This document shows positions 50,843 to 60,800 of a stretch of DNA of 64,000 nt, piece by piece. How positions within the stretch are numbered: the stretch's first letter is position 1; every line of letters starts with the position of its first letter. This DNA comes from Bdellovibrionales bacterium. GTDB taxonomy: Bacteria > Bdellovibrionota > Bdellovibrionia > Bdellovibrionales > UBA1609. The notes under the pieces were generated by a model. That model saw only the letters and a list, made by a program, of their open reading frames with translations. It ran no database searches and was not told the DNA's origin. Location of the stretch: the NCBI GenBank assembly GCA_965205945.1, contig CBDBIB010000002.1:1-64000 (forward strand). Reading direction: 5' to 3'. The position numbers were made by a program, and so were the translations under genes.

Positions 50843-53407
50843 ATGGGTTTTAGTAAAAATCAAGATTGGATAGAGCTTAAAGGTGTTCGTGAGAATAATC
50901 TTAAAAATATTTCAGTAAAAATCCCTAAAAATAAAATTACAGTAGTTACAGGTTTAAGTGGGAGTGGTAAATCAAGTCTTGTATTTGAAACTTTATTTTT
51001 AGAATCTCAAAGAAGATTTTTAGACGGGTTATCAAACTATTCAAAAAATTTTTTAGACACTTTTAAAAAACCTGAGTTAGATTCATTAAAAGAAGTTTCT
51101 CCTTCTATAGCGGTTGATCAAAAAACTGCAGGCTCAAGCCCTAGATCTACAGTTGGAACAATGACTGAAGTTTTAGACTATTTAAGACTTTTGTATGCAA
51201 GATTGGGCGAACCAAGATGTCCTAAGCATGGTCAATTTATAAAAGAAGGCTCTAAGGAAGGTCTTTATGAGTGGGCTAGCAAAAATTTTATTGGTAAAAA
51301 AATCAGAATTTTATGTCCTATTGTTCAATCTAAAAAAGGTGAGTTCACAAAAGAATTAGAAAAGTGGCAGTCTTTCGGGTTTTTAAAAGCTTATGTCAAT
51401 GGCAAACTTATGAATTTAAGTGAGATTCCAAAACTTCATAAAAGAAAAAATCATTCTATTGATTTAGTAGTGGATCAATTTAAATTTGAGAAAAAATTAA
51501 GTAATAGATTGAAAAAATCTATAAAAAGATCATTTAACTTACTTAAAGATGTTATTGCTTTTAAGGTTAATGAAAAAAGGGTTTTGTTTTCTATAAAAGC
51601 TGCATGTACAGAATGTGGTTTCTCTTTTCCAGAACTTGAGCCTAGACATTTTAGTTTTAATAATAGATTGGGGGCATGTGAAGATTGTGGGGGCCTAGGA
51701 ACTCAAGATATTCTAGAAATTGAAGACCAAGATCAAATAGGTTCTGGTGGAATATATATGAATTTAAAAAAGAAGAGCTATAAAAGCCTGGTTGATGGAA
51801 CGCCTTCTTTTTGTGAAACATGTAAAGGTTTAAGATTAAATCAAAGGGCGCTATCTGTTTTTATTGATAATAAGAATATTGCAGATTTTAGTGCATTTTC
51901 AATTCAAGAACTCATTAGTCATTTAGAAAACATAAAATTTAAAGGAAATAAAAAGTTGATTTTTAAACCTATTTTTAAAGAAATTAAGGAAAGACTTTGT
52001 TATCTTAAAGAGGTAGGAACAGGATACTTATCTTTAGATAGGAAATCAGAAAGTCTATCAGGTGGAGAAAGGCAAAGGTTAAGGCTTGCATCTCAACTTG
52101 GAAGTCCTTTAATAGGTGTTTTGTATGTATTAGACGAGCCTTCCATTGGTTTGCACCTTCAAGATCATAGAAAGCTTTTAAAAATAATTCAAAGATTAAA
52201 GAATCAAGGAAATACTGTTGTTATAGTAGAGCATGATGAAGACACTATGAGAATTGCAGACTTTATTATTGAAGTTGGTCCTGGAGCGGGTGCTATGGGT
52301 GGAGAAATTGTTAGTGCTAAAGTTTATAATAAGTTTTTGTCACAAAAACCAGAAACATTAACATCTTCATTTTTAAATAGAACAAAAAAAATTGTGAGAT
52401 TAGAGCCAAAAAAAATAGATTTAAAAAATGTGTTTTCAATTAAAAATGCAAATCTGAATAATCTTAAAAATGTAGATATTGATTTTCCAGTAGGAACCAT
52501 GATAGGAGTTTCGGGAGTTTCAGGGAGTGGGAAAAGTTCGTTAATAATGGATACACTTGCACAATCAGAATCTTTTAAAAATTCTAAAACTAAATTTAAA
52601 AATTTAAATAGATTTAACGTGATAAATAAAATAGATCAAAAACCTATAGGAAAAACGCCAAGATCTACTCCGGCAACATACGTGGGAGTTTATCAGTTGA
52701 TTAGATCGCTTTTTGCAAGGCTTGCAGAATCTCAAGTTAGAGGTTTTAAGGTAGGGCACTTTAGTTTTAACAGTGAGCTTGGACGATGTGGTGAGTGTGC
52801 AGGTAACGGAGTTAAAAAATTGGGATCACATTTTTTAACAAATATTTCAGTTAGTTGTACAACTTGTAATGGGAAAAGATTTAAGCCCGAAGTGTTAACT
52901 GTTCAATTTAAAGGTAAAAATATTTCAGACATTTTACAGATGTCTGTTAATCAAGCTTATAAGTTTTTTCAGAATCAAAATCCTATAAGGAATAAACTTA
53001 AGACAATGTTAGACGTTGGGCTTGGCTACATTAACCTTGGACAAGATAGTACAACCTTATCAGGTGGAGAGTCTCAAAGGCTAAAGCTTAGCAAAGAGCT
53101 TTCAAAAATATATAGAGGCGATATTTTATATATTCTAGATGAACCAACTACAGGACTTCATTTTCAAGATATTGATAAACTTATTAATTTACTTTCAAAC
53201 CTAGTAAAGAAAGGCCATACGGTCATTATTATTGAGCACCAGTTAGATATTTTAGGGCAATGTGATTATATAGTAGATCTAGGTCCTGAAGGTGGAAAAA
53301 AAGGAGGCTTTATTGTAGATAAAGGCTCTCCTAAAGAGATAGCTAAAAAAAGATTTGGACCAACAGGAAGAAGTCTTGCAGCTTTTTTAAAACAACGTAC
53401 TCAATAG
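50843..53407 (+). CDS. uvrA: Excinuclease ABC subunit A
   Basis: Two Walker A motifs (GLSGSGKSSL, GVSGSGKSSL), LSGGE signatures, Cys zinc fingers, PRSTVGT. Confidence 0.96.
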   Translation: MGFSKNQDWIELKGVRENNLKNISVKIPKNKITVVTGLSGSGKSSLVFETLFLESQRRFLDGLSNYSKNFLDTFKKPELDSLKEVSPSIAVDQKTAGSSPRSTVGTMTEVLDYLRLLYARLGEPRCPKHGQFIKEGSKEGLYEWASKNFIGKKIRILCPIVQSKKGEFTKELEKWQSFGFLKAYVNGKLMNLSEIPKLHKRKNHSIDLVVDQFKFEKKLSNRLKKSIKRSFNLLKDVIAFKVNEKRVLFSIKAACTECGFSFPELEPRHFSFNNRLGACEDCGGLGTQDILEIEDQDQIGSGGIYMNLKKKSYKSLVDGTPSFCETCKGLRLNQRALSVFIDNKNIADFSAFSIQELISHLENIKFKGNKKLIFKPIFKEIKERLCYLKEVGTGYLSLDRKSESLSGGERQRLRLASQLGSPLIGVLYVLDEPSIGLHLQDHRKLLKIIQRLKNQGNTVVIVEHDEDTMRIADFIIEVGPGAGAMGGEIVSAKVYNKFLSQKPETLTSSFLNRTKKIVRLEPKKIDLKNVFSIKNANLNNLKNVDIDFPVGTMIGVSGVSGSGKSSLIMDTLAQSESFKNSKTKFKNLNRFNVINKIDQKPIGKTPRSTPATYVGVYQLIRSLFARLAESQVRGFKVGHFSFNSELGRCGECAGNGVKKLGSHFLTNISVSCTTCNGKRFKPEVLTVQFKGKNISDILQMSVNQAYKFFQNQNPIRNKLKTMLDVGLGYINLGQDSTTLSGGESQRLKLSKELSKIYRGDILYILDEPTTGLHFQDIDKLINLLSNLVKKGHTVIIIEHQLDILGQCDYIVDLGPEGGKKGGFIVDKGSPKEIAKKRFGPTGRSLAAFLKQRTQ

Positions 53408-53607
53408 TAAAATAGGTTAAATTCTTTATAAATAAAGGTATAAAAGCTTAGGCTACTTCATCTATAATAAGTGTATAATTTTTTTACAAAAAAAGGCCTT
53501 AGTTATCTTTTTTTTAATAAATACTTGAGTCAGCATTGTTTAATGTCGACATTGTTTTTAAGTGTCCATTTAAGGATATGTGTACTACTGTATAGGGGAA
53601 TATCACG

Positions 53608-54258
53608 GTGAGTTGGAATGATATACCAGATTGGGCATCATATGTAACAAAGGCATTACTTCAAACATTAAAAGCAAAAGATCCACATACGTTTTTTCAT
53701 TGTTGTAGAGTAGGTAGAGCAGCAAGGTTACTTGGTAAAGCAGCAGGGCTTAACGAGTATGAACAACATGTTTTAGAATATTCAGGCGTTTATCATGATA
53801 TTGGTAAAATTGCAATTCCTGATGAAGTTTTGTTTAAGCCTGCTAAATTAACAAGAGATGAGTATAGGTTAATGAAGCTTCACACTATGCGAAGTGTGGA
53901 GATTATAGCCCCTCTTATGGGAAATTCGTTTTTTAAAGATATTGCTCCTGCAGTTGAGCTTCATCATGAACGTTTAGATGGAACAGGTTATCCTTATCAA
54001 TTATTAGAAAAAGATATTCCAATTATAACTAGAATTGTTTCTATTGTGGATGCTGTGGATGCTATGGTGACCTCACGTCCTTACTGTAAAGGCATGCCTA
54101 TGGAGCGTGTTATTGGAGAGTTGAAAAAATATTCAGGGACTCAATTTGATGGATCTCTTGTTAAAATTTATTTAGAAGTATATAAGTTTTGGGAAAAAGA
54201 AAATCTTAAAGAAGAGGGTTTTTTAGTTGCAGATACGCTGCTTCATGTAGCTAGTTAA
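53608..54258 (+). CDS. Stand-alone HD-GYP domain phosphodiesterase
   Basis: KDPHT..H, HDIGK, HHERLDGTGYP, DAM..RPY, GTQFD. Confidence 0.92.
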   Translation: MSWNDIPDWASYVTKALLQTLKAKDPHTFFHCCRVGRAARLLGKAAGLNEYEQHVLEYSGVYHDIGKIAIPDEVLFKPAKLTRDEYRLMKLHTMRSVEIIAPLMGNSFFKDIAPAVELHHERLDGTGYPYQLLEKDIPIITRIVSIVDAVDAMVTSRPYCKGMPMERVIGELKKYSGTQFDGSLVKIYLEVYKFWEKENLKEEGFLVADTLLHVAS

Positions 54259-54412
54259 AATGTAGAAGTATTATTGCCAAGGTTTTTTTAAATTGGCGCT
54301 TTAATTTTTTAAAAACCGGTAGCTCCGTTATCTTTATAAAAGACTACCTTATTTTGATTAAAAAATACTTCATATTTTTTTCTAGGCACTTTTTACTCCA
54401 GTTACATTTATT

Positions 54413-54590
54413 TAACCCGAATTCGAACTTTTTAAATCTGCTGTAACATTCTATTTTTGTGGGTTTTTGAATATGGATTGATGGTTTAAAAGGGCACAGA
54501 CAATATACTGTTAATACTGACAAAACAGTCTTAACAATATATCTTATTCCTCAGTAACAGTTTATCAAATAGGTGATCTTCTTCGGGTTA
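54413..54590 (-). mobile_element. IS982-like miniature remnant (178 bp) with terminal inverted repeats
   Basis: Ends taacccgaa (54413) / ttcgggtta (54582-54590); minus strand reads SVLTVYCLCPFKPSI, like the IS982 transposase C-terminal AYCL.PKKPS motif. Confidence 0.65.
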
Positions 54591-54836
54591 TCTTACAACA
54601 GATTTGTAGAAATTAGGAAATCTTTAAACACCTTATTTTTTTGTTTTTCTACATCTGCTTATACAATCAAATCTTTGCATTGAAATATTCGTTATAGAGA
54701 CTCTTAGCCTCATTGTTATTTATAATAATAAAATTAATTGCCATAAAACCTTTAGTGAGCTTGTTAAAAAAGGGTATTGTCTTACATAAAGCAGATCTCT
54801 TAAAGTAAGCTCTTCTATTCATCAAAAAAAAATAAA

Positions 54837-57800
54837 TTAATAACCAGGGCTACAACGTGTAAAATTAGGTTTTTCAGCACGAGTCCAAGAAGTTAAAGTT
54901 CGGCCTGAAAAACTGCCGCAATCGAGAACGTTAGAAACATTCCATGAACTGATGTCTTGATCAAAAGAAGCTGCACCATTAAACATAGACCTCATACTAG
55001 TAACCTTAGAAGTGTCCCAGTCAGAGGTGTCAGGGTTAGCTAAAGCTGCATTATTAAACATAGAGTTCATATTAATAACCTTAGAAGTGTCCCAGTTAGA
55101 GGTGTCAGGGTTAGCTAAAGCTGCATTATTAAACATAGAGTTCATATTAATAACCTTAGAAGTGTCCCAGTTAGAGGTGTCAGGGTTAGCTAAATCTGCA
55201 CCATAAAACATAGAGTTCATATTAGTAACCTTAGAAGTGTCCCAGTTAGAGGTGTCAGGGTTAGCTAAATCTGCACCATAAAACATAGAGTTCATATTAG
55301 TAACCTTAGAAGTGTCCCAGTCAGAGGTGTCAGGGTTAGCTAAAGCTGCACCTAAAAACATCCAGCTCATATTAGTAACCTTAGAAGTGTCCCAGTCAGA
55401 GGTGTCAGGGTTAGCTAAATCTGCACTATTAAACATATAGCTCATATTAGTAACCTTAGAAGTGTCCCAGTCAGAGGTGTCAGGGTTAGCTAAAGCTGTA
55501 TTAGAAAACATAAAGCCCATACTAGTAACCTTAGAAGTGTCCCAGTCAGAGGTGTCAGGGTTAGCTAAATCTGCATTATAAAACATAGAGCTCATACTAG
55601 TAACCTTAGAAGTGTCCCAGTCAGAGGTGTCAGGGTTAGCTAAATCTGCATTATAAAACATAGAGCTCATACTAGTAACCTTAGAAGTGTCCCAGTTAGA
55701 GGTGTCAGGGTTAGCTAAAGCTGCATCATAAAACATCAAGCCCATATCAGTAACCTTAGAAGTGTCCCAGTTAGAGGTGTCAGGGTTAGCTAAAGCTGCA
55801 TCATAAAACATCAAGCCCATACTAGTAACCTTAGAAGTGTCCCAGTTAGAGGTGTCAGGGTTAGCTAAAGCTGCATAAGAAAACATAGAGTTCATACTAG
55901 TAACATGTCTAGTTGAGCCACCATTAACAAGAGTTAAGTTATCTGCTTTATAAAACATATAACTAAAACTTTCCCACCCTGTGTCTCCTAATTCTGTAAC
56001 CTCAATTATTTGCTCGCTATCACGAAAGTTAAGATATGGGCAGCGCCCAGTGATTTTAACTATATAAGTCCCTGAAGATGAATAAGTATGATTTTTATCT
56101 AAATCACTTGATGAAGTAACAACTCCCGAGGTTCCATCCCCCCAATGAACCATAAAGTTATATGTATAAGAAGAACTTAAACTAAGATTTAAATTTAAAT
56201 CACTACCATAAATTCTAAATTTAGCTGTAAAAGGGGTTCCTAAATTTTGTATTTCAGTGCTTAAACTAACTACATCAGACAGGTTTCCGGCTGCATCTTG
56301 TGCAACACCAGAGGCGATTGTAATTTGAATATTTCCGGTTTCATCACTGCAGTCTGAAATCCTAATACTTGGATTAATAGTTGTTCCATTTGTTACTAAA
56401 ACTGTGCAACCTGTAGTAGTTCCAGTAAGGCTGACATTGCTCTTTTCTAGGTTTATACTACTAAAGTCTTGGCTTACAGTTATGGGAAAGTCTATAGAAT
56501 TTGAACTGCTTATTATATGGCTTCCAATACTGACAATAGGGGGTTTAGTATCTTTTATTAGATTTAAAACACCTGAAGTTTTAGAATTTCCAGCAATGTT
56601 TGTGATACTAGCAGTTAGTGAAAGTGGACCATCACTTAGGCTTGAAAAATCAATATCACCACTAAAGCTTTTATTAGAACAAGTAATAAAGCTTGTACCA
56701 TGTGAAAATGTGATAAGCTCACCATCTTCAGAACATGTTCCTAAAACCCTAAAACCCCCCTCATTAATAGAATTAATGTAAGATCCACTTAAAGAGTTTG
56801 TAATAGAAATTGTTGGATCATTGTTACTTAAAAAAGTTTTCCACACTACCCCATCGCAAAACTCCAGTTTTTTTCCTAAAGAATTATACCTTAAAGTACC
56901 CTCAGTTAAACTGTCACAAGGGGTTGTAACTGTTCCAACTTTTTTTAAAAATGTAACAGTAGATGTACTAATAGATCCTGGAGTAGAAATGCTTCCAGAG
57001 ACAGAAACATCACCATTATTGTTAATAGTGATTCCTTCATCATCGCCGTCTCCACTTAAATAATTTTGGTTAAGATTTATATTTAATCGAGCCCTGCCAT
57101 CTCCCATATTATCAGCACTGCTTGGTAAGTTTATAAGCCGACTTCCATCAACAGCAGGCAGTCTTAAAGAGCTATCAAGCTTAATAAGCTGATTGCTCCC
57201 TGTGCCAACATCTAATCTAGCTGTGCTAATGGTTCCTGAAGTGATCTTTTCTCCATTTAAATCTGGTATATCAGATTTTAATAAACTTAAACCCTCAACC
57301 ACTCTTCCTTTAACATCAACTCTAACTTTTGGGTACGTCCCTTGGGTTACACCCGTTGGTATAAGACTAGGGTTCGGGTAGGTTCCTGTAAGATCCCCTT
57401 GAGCCTGGCTTCCTAAAAGACTTGTGTCTGTCACACATGACCATAAATAAATAGGACCTTCACTCATTTGAAGTTTTTCATTGCTTTCACAATTAGGCAC
57501 TCCACCAGCATCCATTGCGTTGCCTGCATTTTTTCCTAAAGAAGCTTTTAAATAACCGTTTAAAAAGTTTGAATGTGTTATTTTTTTAAGACCACTTTGA
57601 GAAACATCATACATTAAAACACTGTCTAAAGAATCAGCCGTAGTTTTTTCTGTAGTTTTGTTAATGTCTACACTTAAACTTCTATTAGTTGATAAATCTC
57701 CACCTCCACTTAATCCACTGTTTAAAGCCGTTCTAATAGTTCTAGTTATTGGAGCTTTTCTAGATTCAAGTTCATTAAGTGCACCTTCTACATCTGTAGC

Positions 57801-60800
57801 CTGAATGTTTCCAAATGGAGTGTAGGTCACCGTGTTTGCCGCTAGACTTGCTAAACTCCAACCTTCAGACACATCCTTACAATTTGCTCCTCTTTCATCA
57901 CAAATTTGTGTTATTCTTGCTGTTCCAGCAACGTCTAATAAAGCCTCAGGACTAGCCTTACCAACTCCAACCCTTCCACTAGCATCAATAATAATTCCCT
58001 CATTATCACCGTCTCCACTTAAATAATTTTGGTTAAGATTTATATTTAATCGAGCTATACTATCTCCCATATTATCAGCACTGCTTGGTAAGTTTATAAG
58101 CCGACTTCCATCAACAGCAGGCAGTCTTAAAGAGCTATCAAGCTTAACAAGCTGATTACTCCCTGTGCCAACATCTAATCTAGCTGTGCTAATGGTTCCT
58201 GAAGTGATCTTTTCTCCATTTAAATCTGGTATATCAGATTTTAATAAACTTAAACCCTCAACCACTCTTCCTTTAACATCAACTCTAACTTTTGGGTACG
58301 TCCCTGGGGTTACACCCGTTGGTGTAAGACTAGGGTTTGGGTAGGTTCCTGTAAGATCCCCTTGAGCCTGGCTTCCTAAAAGACTTGTGTTTTGATCAAC
58401 TTCACATGACCAGGAATAAATAGGACCTTCACTCATTTGAAGTTTTTCATTGCTTTCACAACTAGGCACTCCACCAGCATCCATTGCGTTGCCTCGACTT
58501 TTTCCTAAAGAGGCTTTTAAATAACCGTTTAAAAAGTTTGAATGTGTTATTTTTTTAAGACCACTTTGAGAAACATCATATATTAAAACACTGTCTAAAG
58601 AATCAGCCGTAGTTTTTTCTGTAGTTTTGTTAATGTCTACACTTAAACTTCTATTAGTTGATAAATCTCCACCTCCACTTAATCCACTGTTTAAAGCCGT
58701 TGTAATAGTTCTAGTTATTGGAGCTTTTCTAGATTCAAGTTCATTAAGTGCACCTTCTACATCTGTAGCCTGAATGTTTCCAAATGGAGTGTAGGTCACC
58801 GTGTTTGCCGCCAGACTTGCTAAACTCCAACCTTCAGACACATCCTTACAATTTGCTCCTCTTTCATCACAAATTTGTGTTATTCTTGCTGTTCCAGCAA
58901 CGTCTAATAAAGCCTCAGGACTAGCCTTACCAACTCCAACCCTTCCATTAGCATCAATAATAATTCCCTCATTATCACCGTCTCCACTTAAATAATTTTG
59001 GTTAAGATTTATATTTAATCGAGCTATACCATCTCCCATATTATCAGCACTGCTTGGTAAGTTTATAAGCTGACTTCCATCAACAGCAGGCAGTCTTAAA
59101 GAGCTATCAAGCTTAACAAGCTGATTGCTCCCTGTGCCAACATCTAATCTAGCTGTGCTAATGGTTCCTGAAGTGATCTTTTCTCCATTTAAATCTGGTA
59201 TATCAGATTTTAATAAACTTAAACCCTCAACCACTCTTCCTTTAACATCAACTCTAACTTTTGGGTACGTCCCTGGGGTTACACCCGTTGGTATAAGACT
59301 AGGGTTCGGGTAGGTTCCTGTAAGATCCCCTTGAGCCTGGCTTCCTAAAAGACTTGTGTTTTGATCAACTTCACATGACCATAAATAAATAGGACCTTCA
59401 CTCATTTGAAGTTTTTCATTGCTTTCACAACTAGGCACTCCACCAGCATCCATTGCGTTGCCTCGACTTTTTCCTAAAGAGGCTTTTAAATAACCGTTTA
59501 AAAAGTTTGAATGTGTTATTTTTTTAAGACCACTTTGAGAAACATCATACATTAAAACACTGTCTAAAGAATCAGCCGTAGTTTTTTCTGTAGTTTTGTT
59601 AATGTCTACACTTAAACTTCTATCAGTTGATAAATCTCCGCCTCCACTTAATCCACTGTTTAAAGCCGTTCTAATAGTTCTAGTTATTGGAGCTTTTCTA
59701 GATTCAAGTTCATTAAGTGCACCTTCTACATCTGTAGCCTGAATGTTTCCAAATGGAGTGTAGGTCACCGTGTTTGCCGCCAGACTTGCTAAACTCCAAC
59801 CTTCAGACACATCCTTACAATTTGCTCCTCTTTCATCACAAATTTGTGTTATTCTTGCTGTTCCAGCAACGTCTAATAAAGCCTCAGGACTAGCCTTACC
59901 AACTCCAACCCTTCCACTAGCATCAATAATAATTCCCTCATTATCACCGTCTCCACTTAAATAATTTTGGTTAAGATTTATATTTAATCGAGCTACGCTA
60001 TCTCCCATATTATCAGCACTACTTGGTAAGTTTATAAGCCGACTTCCATCAACAGCAGGCAGTCTTAAAGAGCTATCAAGCTTAATAAGCTGATTGCTCC
60101 CTGTGCCAACATCTAATCTAGCTGTGCTAATAGTTCCTGAAGTGATCTTTTCTCCATTTAAATCTGGTATATCAGATTTTAATAAACTTAAACCCTCAAC
60201 CACTCTTCCTTTAACATCAACTCTAACTTTTGGGTACGCCCCTTGGGTTACACCCGTTGGTGTAAGACTAGGGTTTGGGTAGGTTCCTGTAAGATCCCCT
60301 TGAGCCTGGCTTCCTAAAAGACTTGTGTCTGTGTCTGTATCAATATCAGCCACGCAAGAATAGCTTATTATAGCACCAGGGTTTCGTTGAATCTTTTCCC
60401 CACTAGTACACACAGGAAGAGTGTCCACTTGCATGAGCTGTCCTAAACCACTTCCTATATCTGCTTCTAAACCCCTTGGCGTAATTTTTAAACCACTTCC
60501 TACTTTTACTTTTAATTTATTTATATTAAACTCTAAACCCCCAGAAGAATCTAAATCTAAATCTATGTTTCCACTGTTGTTGTATAAACCCCTACCAAGG
60601 TTGATGCTTATTGTTGGGTTGCTACCACCTGAAGAGGTTAAAGGAGCATTGACTAAAACACTTGATGCACTACTTAAGGTGCTTAAAACTTCTAAGCTAA
60701 CACCATTCCAATACTTAAGCGCTCCAGAGTCACTATTGTACCAAGTAGCCCCAGCATTGCTCATGTTCATAGATCCTAAAAGACTAACTTCTTCTAAATT

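Noticed and set aside
54968..55905. CRISPR-like pattern of constant and variable blocks
   Set aside because: Period is exactly 75 bp in an open frame, the variable parts are homologous to each other, and no cas genes are present
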